From the NCBI RefSeq assembly GCF_018350175.1, contig NC_058368.1, positions 99,326,001-99,390,000 on the forward strand: a stretch of 64,000 nucleotides of DNA. Direction: 5' to 3'. The position numbers were made by a program, and so were the translations under genes. Source of the DNA: Felis catus (taxonomy: Eukaryota). A model generated the notes under the pieces. That model ran no database searches. It worked only from the letters and a program-made list of their open reading frames with translations, and was not told where the DNA came from. This document shows, in pieces, positions 12,067-22,612 of the stretch (the stretch's first letter is position 1; each line of letters starts with the position of its first letter).

Positions 12067-12868
12067 TGTAGTTAGTTAGGTTTCTCAGTGTATTATAACC
12101 AAACCAACAGTGAGTTCACTTTTTGGTGAGTCAGAAGCTGTGCCAGGTTGAGTTGATGCACAAAAGAAACCTTGATTTGTAGCAAATATGGAGATCAGGG
12201 GGAAGGCTTGCCTCCAGGGCAAGGATGGATGGGTTCCTTTTATTTAGGGTTAGGATGAATATTTAGATAGGGAAGCCAGGTCATTGGATATAGAGGTGGG
12301 CATAAGGTCACACATGTGCCTTAAGGGAACGTGCCTATACATACATATGTTATGCCACTGAGGCTTGTGCTCCTCCTTGGGCAGAGTTTTTTGTATCCTA
12401 ATGAGGTAAGGGTATTTGTATGTCATTCTAGAAGTCACTCCATGGGGGGCGCCTGGGTGACTCTGGGTTAAAATTCCAACTTTACCTCAGGTCATGATCT
12501 CGGTGAGTTCGAGCTCCCTGAAGCCTGCTTCAGATTCTGTGTCTCCCTCTTTCTGTGCCTCCCCCACTCACGCTCTGTCTCTCTCTTTCTCAAAAATAAA
12601 TAAACATTACATTAAAAAAAAATTAGAAGTCACTCCATCGTCCACAAGTACAAGTCAGAGTTTGGCTCAAAGTGATCTGGGTGGTCTGGGCCAGGTGGAG
12701 GTCTTGTCCAGTCAGGTGCTTTTGCTCAAGGGGTGGTTTTGCTTTCCATTTACCAGAACTAAGGGAGGAGCTGGAAACAAGAGAGCTTCAGAAGGAATGT
12801 GGATCAAAGGTCAGTGAGTACAAGCAGGTGGGCAGTAAGGGTCAGGTCTTGGGGTCTAGCTGGTGACA
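12067..12868 (-). mobile_element. Probable ERV solo LTR, family unassigned
   Basis: About 600-bp block (excluding the SINE), more GC-rich than its flanks, bounded by TG...CA; no TSD found; strand tentative. Confidence 0.45.
12444..12623 (+). mobile_element. Can-SINE, internally deleted
   Basis: Perfect TSD TAGAAGTCACTCCAT at 12429-12443 and 12624-12638. Confidence 0.95.
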
Positions 12869-13234
12869 GTATGACATCATGTAAATTACACCTGTTCCTT
12901 ATATTGTAACACTGACGCAGTAAGTTCAGCATACTTCAGAAATTCAATATTGGAACTCTTCTGTTGTAGTATTTCAAAAGTCAATTTGAAATATTAAGCT
13001 GTATTAAGTTGTTTGTGTGTGTATATATATATATATGATTATGATGAGCATATGCATATATAATATATAAAGTTATATTAACATTTTCTTACACAAGGTA
13101 ATTTATAATTTTCTCAGTTCAGCAGTTCAACTTAAAAAAAACTTGCCAACTAAAAAATCATGTTATTTTCTTCTTTTACTATTTTTTCTTTTACTATTAT
13201 CTTAAACAACATTAAACATATATAAAAATAACAT

Positions 13235-13371
13235 CCACACTTTGGGCTCTGTGCTGCCAGCTCAGAGCCTGGAGCCTGATTTGGATTCTGTGTCTCCCTC
13301 TCTCTCTGCCCCTTCCCGACTTGTGCTCTGTTTCTCTCTATCAAAAATAAATAAACGTAAAAAATATTTAA
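13235..13371 (+). mobile_element. 5'-truncated Can-SINE
   Basis: Starts mid-body (CCACACTTTGGGCTCTGTGCTG); TSD AAAAATAACAT at 13224-13234 and 13372-13382. Confidence 0.9.
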
Positions 13372-13505
13372 AAAAATAACATTAGATGATGGTATCAAGT
13401 GGATTACTCCTGTATTGGCTTATTTCTCTTGTTCTCTTTAATATGGTGACTTCTTCAACATCTGATCATGTGTATTATTTTCTCAGAAAATCAAGAGCAC
13501 TGTGT

Positions 13506-13533
13506 CTATCTATCTATCTATCTATCTATCTAT
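13506..13533. repeat. (TCTA)n microsatellite
   Basis: About 7 TCTA units. Confidence 0.9.
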
Positions 13534-13740
13534 ATTTCTTAATTCATAAGAATAAAAACACAAGAACATATATGAACAACTGTTAAGTGGTATGTATATG
13601 AAGCTTTCTCTCACTGTGTAATTTAAAATTTTTTTATCTTGTTACTGATATTTAGCATTTGGGCACCAGTAGCCAGGCATGATGGACTATTCTGATTGGT
13701 CAGATGACTGTTCTGATACAGGTCTATATATACTTCTGCA

Positions 13741-13953
13741 TTTTTTTAATGTTTTATTATTTGTTCTTGAGAGAGAGAAAGATGGAGCACAAGCAGGGGA
13801 GGAGCAGAGAGAGAGGGAGACAGAATCTGAAGCAGGCTCCAGGCTCTGAGCTGTCAGTGCAGAGCCTGATGCAGAGCTGGAACTCACAAGCTGTGAGATC
13901 GTGACCTGAGCCGAAGCTGGATTGCTTCACCGACTAAGCCATCCAGGTGCCCC
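13741..13953 (-). mobile_element. Can-SINE
   Basis: Full body with CCAGGTGCCCC head. Confidence 0.95.
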
Positions 13954-14104
13954 TATGTATATTTTTATATACTGTACTGGTCTGTGTATATTTTGAATAC
14001 CATTTCTGCATATAATACGGAATGAGTAGGTCCATAGAGGTATTTTCACTATTTCACTATTGAAAAATATAAACCAGTCACAATAGACCATCAGTCTCCA
14101 GTTT

Positions 14105-14590
14105 GCATTTATTGAGTACTGGTCCATACCAGATACTGTGCTGAAAGCTTTTTGTTCATTAATTATTTAAATCTTCACAGCTACTACACGAGTAAGCTAC
14201 TATAGTTAGCCCCGTTTATTTTTTATTTTTTATTTATTTTTAATGTTTATTCATTTTTGAGAGAGAGAGAGACAGAGCATGAGTCAGGGAGGGGCAGAGA
14301 GAGAGGGAGACACAGAATCCGAAGCGGGCTCCAGGCTCTGAGCTGTCAGCACAGAGCCCCATGTGAGACTCGGACCCACAAACTGTGAGATCATGACCTG
14401 AGCCAAAGTCAATTGCTTAACCAACTGAGCCACCCAGGGGCCACTATAGGTAGCCCTTTAAAGGGAAAACAGAAACACCAGAGATTAATCAAATTTTATA
14501 GAATTCTTCGGTAATAGTGAGTTGAAACGCTAATCCACTACTGTTTGATACCAACATCCACATTGTTTTAGTCCCAAACTGCATTGTGTC
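14105..14590 (-). mobile_element. MIR relic split by a SINE
   Basis: CATTTATTGAGTACT..CCAGATACTGTGCT..ATTTAAATCTTCACAGC..GGAAAACAGAAACACCAGAGATTAA. Confidence 0.6.
14215..14442 (-). mobile_element. Can-SINE
   Basis: TSD ACTATAG(T/G)TAGCCC at 14199-14212 and 14443-14456. Confidence 0.95.
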
Positions 14591-15640
14591 TTGAAAAAAC
14601 ACGAAATGCATTCTTATCTCTTAAAACTAAAACATAGTTTGTCCACTTCAGTATTTTAACTGATCCCGACTCATAGAAGATTGTTTGTAAATGTTTTTAC
14701 GGTGACCAACATACTTTACTTAAGTTGATACTGCGGTACTACTCTGATTTAGACTCTGGAGTGGTTATTTTTTTCCTACGTGAATATGTTGAAGAAAAGA
14801 CAATAATAGCTATTATTTTGTGAGCTCTGGAAATGATGAAATCACCGAACCAGAACTAGTGGCCCTTTTGTTATCTGCTTGACTTAGCTTGTGTGCAAGT
14901 ATGTATTTTAAAGTAATTTTCATTGTTGTTGTTTCTTGTGCTGACAGTTATAGAAAATTTAATGAAATTAGGCATATAAATTGCCTTGGAACTTCCCACA
15001 CAATGACAGTGAATATGGTGATGGTGCAATCTTGATACAGTTTTCTGGAATAATCATCCTGCGGTGTGAAAGCTTGATTTATTCTTACATTGATTAGGAT
15101 GGTCAGTCCAAGTATTTCTTTGAGTTCATATTGATACTCTTATTTTTGGTGTTATGATTTCTGTTTTTCTGTGTGAGCATTACTATAGATGTTGCTATTA
15201 AGCAGAATAAAATGTCATAAATAATAATGAAATCCTTTACTAATTTAATAATCAGTGGTGATAAAGTCTGAATTTAAAATCTTAATTTCATGAACACATA
15301 CTGGCAAGCAGAAGTGCTTAGGAGTAGAATAAAGACACGCTCATTTCCTTGTGTTATATGACTGACTGGTCAAGTGCAACTTATTGTTCATATTCAAATT
15401 AGGGAAATATAGGTTCAAATATGGGTATGTAAATTAACAACATTTAGGTGTTTCAAATGTCATGTTGCAAAGTGGATAACAACAGAGATGCATTTCACAT
15501 TTTAAAAAAGCAAATAACAATATTTTTAAAAACCAGAAAGTCGAAAAGATTAAAAAACAAACAAACACCCAAACTCAGTGCCTATTATAGTACTTACGAG
15601 TTGCATCAGAAACTGAGGTTAAAAGCTCACTAAACTTGTT

Positions 15641-15851
15641 GGGGTGCCTGGGTGGCTCCGTCGGTTAAGCGTCCAACTTTGGCTCAGGTCATGATATCAT
15701 AGTTTGTCAGTTTGAACCCCACATATGGCTCTGTGGAGCCTGGAACCTGCTTCAGATTCTGTGTCTCCCCCTCTCTCTGCCCCTCTCCAGCTTGCGCTCC
15801 ATTTCTATTTCTCTTAAATGTAAATAAACATTGAAAAAAATTAAAACAAAA
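15641..15851 (+). mobile_element. Can-SINE
   Basis: Degenerate TSD AAAA(G/C)CTCACTAAA(C/T)TTG. Confidence 0.95.
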
Positions 15852-15958
15852 AAAACCTCACTAAATTTGCTTAAAAGCAAAATTAAGTAAGGTTGCTTAG
15901 AAGACGCATAAAAATGAAATGGTGCAGGTTAAAAATGAAAACATGAAAAGAGGTATAT

Positions 15959-16515
15959 CATTGACTCTTGAACTGCACACTTCAGTTAGGGGAACTGACC
16001 CCTGTGCAGTGTAAAATTTGTATATAACTTTAATTTCCCAAAAAGTTAACTGCTAATAGCCTACCCTTCCCTGGAAGCTTTACCAATAAAATCAGTAGTT
16101 GATGAGATCCTATTTTGTGTTTTATGTACATTGTATTCTTACAATAAAGAAAGCTAGAGGGGCGCCTGGGTGGCGCAGTCGATTAAGTGTCCGACTTCAG
16201 CCAGGTCAGGATCTCGCGGTCCGTGAGTTCGAGCCCCGCGTCAGGCTCTGGGCTGATGGCTCAGAGCCTGGAGCCTGTTTCCGATTCTGTATCTCCCTCT
16301 CTCTCTGCCCCTCCCCCGTTCATGCTCTGTCTCTCTCTGTCCCAAAAATAAAAAACGTTGAAAAAAACAATAAAAAAAGAAAGCTAGAGAAAAGAAAATG
16401 TTAAGAAAATCATAGGAGGAGAAAATATATTTACAGTACTGAACTGTATTTACTGAAAAATGTGTGCACATAAGTGGGCCAAGTGCAATTCATACCTGTG
16501 TTCAAAGGGCAACTG
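15959..16515. mobile_element. Tigger2a-like TcMar-Tigger MITE
   Basis: Terminal inverted repeats CATTGACTCTTGAAC and GTTCAAAGGGCAACTG (followed by TA); internal ACAATAAAG..AGCTAGAGAAAAGAAAATGTT. Confidence 0.82.
16159..16375 (+). mobile_element. Young SINEC_Fc-type SINE inside Tigger
   Basis: TSD AAAGAAAGCTAGA at 16146-16158 and 16376-16388. Confidence 0.97.
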
Positions 16516-16647
16516 TATAAGATACATAATATAAAGGCAAGAGATGTTACAATTCCAATAGAAACTTTACTAATAAAACATCATTACATTAAACCAAAAA
16601 GGTCATTGTATAAAAATGTAAATAATGTAAAATTCAGTATATCGCAT

Positions 16648-16835
16648 GGGAATGCAAGCTGGTGCAGCTGCTTTGGAAAACAGTGTGGAGGTTCCTCAAA
16701 AAACTAAAAATAGAACTACCCTACCACCCAGCAAGTGCAATACTAGGCATTTATCCAAGGGATACAGGATGCTGTTTCGAAGGGACTTTTTTGGATGTAA
16801 ATTTAAAATAATAAAAAATAGAACGAGTTAAATAA
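16648..16835 (+). mobile_element. Short L1 with internal deletion (ORF2 end fused to terminal 3' end)
   Basis: GGGAATGCAAGCTGGTGCAGC..GGAGGTTCCTCAAAAAAC..; TSD TCAGTATATC(G/T)CAT on both sides. Confidence 0.88.
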
Positions 16836-17434
16836 AAAAATCAGTATATCTCATTCATGTATCAAAATACCACATTAAACAAACTAGAAAAGGATAAACA
16901 TATACATTGAAAAAAAAGTTGTTAAGAATACAGGTTTACTGTGGAAGTTTAAGAATTTTTCTGTCTTTGATATGACATTTACCAAAAAGGTAACTTTTTT
17001 GTATAGATACATATATTTTATCCTTATCATTATGAAAGGTAGGTAATAGTTAGACATGACATTGAATAGACATGACAATGAAAAGGGAGATAATTTGTCG
17101 TCTTTCCAAAATCAAACTATTTACATATAAAATGCATATATTCAACCAGTTAAAACTTCCCTAATGTGTAAATAATACAAAATATAGACTGTATTTTATC
17201 ATAATTTTAGGACATTATCATTCAATTTTAAATAATAGCAAAAAAGAATACAACTACAAAGGAAAATAAAACTGACAAATTAAAGAAAATGAAGAGATAA
17301 AAACTAAAATTATAGAATGTGAATTGGTGAGAGAGAAATGACATCTAACAATACTTATGGAATGACATCGTATTAATAATTGATAAAAAAATCACTAAGA
17401 GTGTAGATTATGAATCTGAAATATTGAAGCCAAA

Positions 17435-17605
17435 TTAGCTGAACATTGGCTGGATTTTAGGATCATATGAAGAATCCCACCTGAGTCTATCTGGTTAAAT
17501 TAGAAAAGAAGTCTGGCTATGGATCTTGGCATTCACGGTATTTTGTCTTTTATAAACACGGAGTGTGATTGCAACGTGCAGCAAATGTTAAGAAACACCG
17601 ATCAG
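17435..17605. mobile_element. MER5-like hAT-Charlie relic
   Basis: GTGATTGCAACGTGCAGCAAATGTTAAGAAACACCG terminal motif. Confidence 0.5.
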
Positions 17606-17875
17606 AACGTCATAATGAGACATTACCAACTAACAAAAGAACAGAAATTAAAGAAAGGTAAAAATGAAAGCAAAGGACAAATTTATTAGAAAACAAAAAA
17701 TAACGTAATTGAAAAATCCGTAAGCTCTTTGTAGAAAGGTCAGTGAAGTAGATTAATGCTCAAGAACCTGGTTGCTAAAAAGAGAAAGTGAACATCGGGA
17801 TCAAGATAAGCAATTAATCAGAAGGGATATTATCTTAATAGATTTCATAAAGGCTCATAATAAGAATCATACATT

Positions 17876-18100
17876 TATTGTATTTATTTAGTTAATTTTA
17901 CCTTCTTATTCTCAAGTTAGTTAACGTACAGTGTAATCTTGGCCTCAGGAGTAGAATCCAGAGACTTACCTCTTACATATGATGCCTGCTTCATCCTGAA
18001 AAGTGCCGTCCTTAATGCCGGTCCCCATTTAACACCCCCCTACCTCCCTTCAGCCCTCAGTTTGTTCTCTGTATTTAAGAGTCTCCATGGTTTGCCTGCC
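17876..18100 (-). mobile_element. Carnivore L1 3' end fragment
   Basis: TAGTTAACGTACAGTGTAA..CAGGAGTAGAA..CCCTCAGTTTGTTCTCTGTATTTAAGAGTCTC; approximate TSD TAAGA(A/G)TCA. Confidence 0.88.
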
Positions 18101-19002
18101 TAAGAGTCACATACTTCTGATTATAAACATAAATTATTTATAAAATGGGAAAGTTGAAAAATCAACATTCAAAAATAAATAACAAATATTTACTAATTAG
18201 AAATGAATGCTTTTTAAAATCTCCTTTCATAATACCAACTACAAAGCAGTAAAAATCAGAAGAAATGTTCAAAATCTCTATGAATGAAAATAAAGGTTTT
18301 CATTTCAAAACCAAAGAGAATCGGAATCAATTGAGAGTGACCCTTCGGTCTTGTATAGGAAGGCTTAATTTTCAAAGGACTGAATAATTCTTCAAATTTA
18401 CCTCTAAACTTTGAATTATTTCACTGAGATTGTTACTAGAAATTAAATGAATCCAAAATTCCGTCTGACAAAAAGTAAACAAAAATTGAGATTACATGGA
18501 ATTTTTTTCAAAGTAAAGATGGGAATACATGCACTGTCATCTATTAAACATATTATCAAATTACTCTGAAAGCAACAAGCTGATAATATCTGCTTCATGT
18601 TAGGAATACTCACTGGAGCAGAAGAAGATGTCTGGGATAGAGGTCATCATTCATGGCGCATGACAAAATTGGCATCTCAAATCATAAGGACCTTTTGTTT
18701 AAAAACAATTTTTTTTTCAAATTATATATTAGATTCCAGGTTAATTCTAGTTATGATTATACGATTTTTAAAATGACTATAAATTGCACGCTGAAAATAT
18801 ATATCTGATCATTGTTAGAAAATATTTTCTAATCATAAAAACAAAAGTAGTTTATGATTCCACTTAGAATGCAGAAATTGACAAGAGAGGGTCACTTACA
18901 CCCTAACAGCAAGTAATAGATAATTTAAATGCTTAATTTGGTAAAGCCCATGAAGGAGCTGAGTCTCAAGACAGCCAGTTGAATTAACAAAGATGACAGG
19001 TC

Positions 19003-19209
19003 AGGGCACCTGGGTGGCTCAGTCGGTTGAGCTTCTGGCCCGACTTCCACCCAGGTCATGATCTCAATGGGTTCGTGAGTCTGAGCCCCACATCAGGCTT
19101 TGTGCTGACAGCTCTGAGCCTGGATCCTGCTTAGGACTGTGTATGTGTCTCTCTCTCTGACCCTCCCCTCCTCCATCTCAAAAATAAATAAACATTAAAA
19201 AATTTTTTA
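19003..19209 (+). mobile_element. Can-SINE
   Basis: AAAGATGACA duplicated on both sides. Confidence 0.93.
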
Positions 19210-19431
19210 AAAGATGACACATCTCTCAGAGAAAGGACTGGATGCAAGAAAAGTTTTGCCTTTTGGTGAGCACAGAAGGAAGAGGTAGCAATCGTAAAAG
19301 ACAATAAAGTTTCACTGAACAGAAAGGGCATAAAAATACAATTTAATAAATACTATTAATGTATACCAGCTGGAGTAAGAAAACAGCTAAATGCCCAGGA
19401 AATTGTAACTCACAGACGATATGATATTTTT

Positions 19432-20345
19432 AAAGGTCAGAATTCAGTTACAGAGAACAGAATACACTATGGCTGGTTTAAGCAGAAAGAGCCTTGATTC
19501 CTGTATACTTAAGTCAGATGCTAAATCTTTAGGACATCTGAAGAATCAAGAAGTTTGGCTTTTAGGATTGGCCCCCAAAGCCACCCTCCAGACCTGAGCC
19601 ATTGAGAAACTTCATCTCCTGGGATCAGGAATCTGCATGACTATTCAGCAAGTTTCAGTGGTAGCTGGTGGAGTTAGAACCAGATCACCACTCTGCAGTG
19701 GGGAAGGCAGATAGGAACTGACTTTTTTAACCGCCCAGCATGAGAGCAATTCCATGCTTGGGGTGCTTGGGTGGCTCAGTCGGTTAAGGGTCCGACTTCT
19801 GCACAGGTCACGATCTCATGGTTCCTGGGGTCAAGTCCTGTGTTGGGCTCTGTGCTGATAGCTCGGAGCCTGAAGCCTGCTTCTCATTCTGTGTCTCCCT
19901 CTCTCTCTGTCCGTCCCCCAGTTGTGCTTTCTCTCTGCCTATCAAAAATCAAAAAAAAAAAAAGTAAAAATTAAAAAAAAAAAAAAAAAACAACAGTTCC
20001 TACTTGCCATCACCCTTACCATCAGATCAAATGCTCCACACCTCTGAAAGCCATAAAGCCAATGACTACACATTGCAACCGCAGTTAATATTTCCCCAGG
20101 AAAAAATAATTTCACCCAGATTTTATTTGCCAATAAAAACAGCAGTACGATTCAAATCTATGTCTCCCTTCTGAGTTCCACATTTGGAGTACATCTGACT
20201 GGTAGATACCAAATTCCTTCTAGCCACGACCCTGGCTGCAGAGGATTCTAGAAAATGTAACTTTTAGCCTCCCAGTCTCTACCGAGGAGGTTTTTCCATT
20301 GGAAGCGGGTTGAGATGGGCTGCATGGTTAATGCCATTTCACCCT
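19432..20345 (-). mobile_element. Old MaLR LTR (MLT1-type) split by a SINE
   Basis: GTTACAGAGAACAGAATACACTATGGCTGGTTTAAGCAGAAAG ... CCTGGCTGCAGAGGATTCTAGAAAATGTAAC. Confidence 0.6.
19760..19990 (+). mobile_element. Can-SINE
   Basis: GGGGTGCTTGGGTGGCTCAGTCGGTTAAG head, poly-A tail. Confidence 0.95.
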
Positions 20346-20935
20346 AGACACTACTAAAATGTTTGCACTGGGCATTAAAGAAGAATAAAAATGTGCCAGG
20401 AGAGGAAACTGGAAGAAGTTCTTAGGCAGAAGAAGATGTTGGCAACTGTAAAGTAGGAAAATAAATAAAAACGAACTGAAGTTTATTTTTGAGAAGCACA
20501 AATAGATGGGGTGAGCGAAAAATGTTTGTGTGGATGGCTGGTGGGGGATTGGAAGGATTTTGAATACTATTTTACAGTAATTGCATTTTGCTTTAGGAGG
20601 AATGGGGAGCTGATAAGTCTTTAAAACTAAAAAAGTGCTGAATCCTACTTTTAGAGAAAATCAGGATGATATTAATGACCCAAGAACTTTTAGTGTTTCT
20701 TTTAATGTTCCTCCTTAAGGGATCTTGATGTACCCAAGAACATGTTAGCTTTCCAGCCTGAAATCTGAGCTGCGATGTAGAAAGAATGCTCAGCATATGT
20801 GTGTAACTGGCCTGAATGTCCTAGGAACCAAGAAGTAATTTAAATAAGAAAAATACCAAGAGCCTAAAAATTAAATGTAGGCTTATCTGATATGGTATGC
20901 ATTTTTATAGAGTATATAAAAACATGTGTATATTA

Positions 20936-21145
20936 GGGCACCTGGGTGGCTCAGTTGGTTGAGCATCCGACTTCAGGTCATGATCTCGCCCCTCGTGGGT
21001 TCGGGCCCCTCATCAGGCTCTGTGCTGACAACTCGGAGCCTGGAGTCTGCCTCAGATTTTGTGCCTCCCTCTCTCTCTGCCCCAACCCACTCGCATTCTG
21101 TCTCTGTCTCTCTCAAAAATAAATAAACGTTAAAAATTTTTTTAA
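20936..21145 (+). mobile_element. Can-SINE
   Basis: TSD AAAA(C/T)ATGTGTATATTA at 20919-20935 and 21146-21162. Confidence 0.95.
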
Positions 21146-21199
21146 AAAATATGTGTATATTATATATATGATATCTGTATTAAATGAGCTCAGCAAAGA

Positions 21200-21440
21200 G
21201 AATCATAAACTAGCAAGAAAAGTTCCTTAGAAAAGCAAATTTGGGAATTATGGAGTTAAACACATTCTCGTGGTTTACTGCAAAATGCTCAGGTTTTATA
21301 ACCTAATGTGCAGTTTGAATCTTCATGTTGCTGATGTATTATGCATCGTTTTTCACAATTATTTGACAAGGGAAGTATATTTTCCTATAGCGTTTTGGAG
21401 GACTAGTGTTACACAGAACAGATTTTGGGTATACTGACTT
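21200..21440. mobile_element. hAT-Charlie MITE relic (MER112-like)
   Basis: TTATTTGACAAGGGAA..CTAGTGTTACACAGAACAGATTTTGGGTATACTG. Confidence 0.45.
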
Positions 21441-22074
21441 AAAGACATTGGATTTCTTAATTATTTCCAGACCCCTTGGGAAATAATATATTTTAAAAAT
21501 TTAGGTTAAGCCATCAGTTAGTTTATCTTTGGATATTTGTATTCATTTTTAATGTGTTTCCCTGAGCGTTTACAAAACTAGGCACTTCTTAATTTAACTT
21601 GGCAGCTGGAAGGGAAATACAGCATGCACAATTAAATTTATGGATTATTTTTTAAAACATCCTTTACCCATTTTCTTTATACCTCCCCACATAACAAACA
21701 TATTTTTCTAAGAAATGGTAACAATTTTTGTAAACTTCGCAGTACCTACTCTACTTTCTTATGTTTACCTACTAGGACAAAACAAAACAAACAAGAAAAC
21801 AAAGCCTTAAACAGACAACAGGAAATTGGACAAATGAAATAAATGTTTGGGAAACCCATAGGCAGAATTTGATACTCATTATTTCAAATGAAGAATGTTG
21901 ATTTAAATATATGGACAAGACGTAGAATTGATATTTTAGCAGATGTCAGCACAAAAACTGCTGAACATAAACTGGACCAAGTTGAACAGGTAAAGGAAGG
22001 CTTTTATTTAAGGATAAATAAATGGTTGGAGAAGCCATTCTGAGCTCAACTTTTTTTGAAACATTGGGCTGGAA

Positions 22075-22214
22075 AAATTTTTATTTTCCAAATTTTTACT
22101 TAAATTCCAATTAGTTAACATACAGTGTAATGTTTCAAGTGTACAAGTGAATGATTTCATCACATGCAACACCCTGTGCTCATCATAGGTACACTCCTTA
22201 AACCCCATTACCCC
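22075..22214 (-). mobile_element. L1 3' end fragment
   Basis: ATTAGTTAACATACAGTGTAA..CAACACCCTGTGCTCATC. Confidence 0.85.
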
Positions 22215-22215
22215 C

Positions 22216-22612
22216 TTTTTCTAAAAATGTTAAATTCTAGCTAGTTAACATATAGTGTAATATTGGTTTCAGGAGTAGAATTTAGTGGTACATCACTTAC
22301 ATGAACACCCAGTGCTCATCTCAACAAGTGCCCTCCTTAGTGCCCATCACCCATTTAGCCCATCCCCTCACCCACCTCCCCTCCATCCACATTCAGTTTG
22401 TTCTCTATCATTAAGTGTCTTTTGTGATTTGTTTCTCACTCTTTTCTCCCCCCCACCCATGTTCATCTGTTTTGTTTTTTAATTCCTCATATGAGTGAAA
22501 TCATATGGTATTTGTCTTTCTCTTCCTGATTTATTTCACTTAGCATAATACTCTTGCCCCATCCACATCATTGCGCATGGCAACATTTCATTCTTTTTTA
22601 TGCCTGAGTCAT
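22216..22612 (-). mobile_element. Carnivore L1 3'UTR fragment
   Basis: CAGGAGTAGAATTTAGTG..CACCCAGTGCTCATC..CATATGAGTGAAATCATATGGTATTTGTC. Confidence 0.92.

Larger units (their letters stand above)
16900..18850 (+). mobile_element. Highly decayed ancient L1 (L1M/L1ME) ORF2 region
   Basis: A-rich; remnants such as TCTTGTATAGGAAGGCTTAATTTT recall the ORF2 CSWIGRLNI segment. Confidence 0.5.

Noticed and set aside
14831..14947. C-box ATGATGA start recalling the SNORD65 5' end, with CTGA about 110 nt later
   Set aside because: Similarity (from memory) is only about 16 nt; no guide sequence or convincing terminal stem. An Rfam search would settle it.
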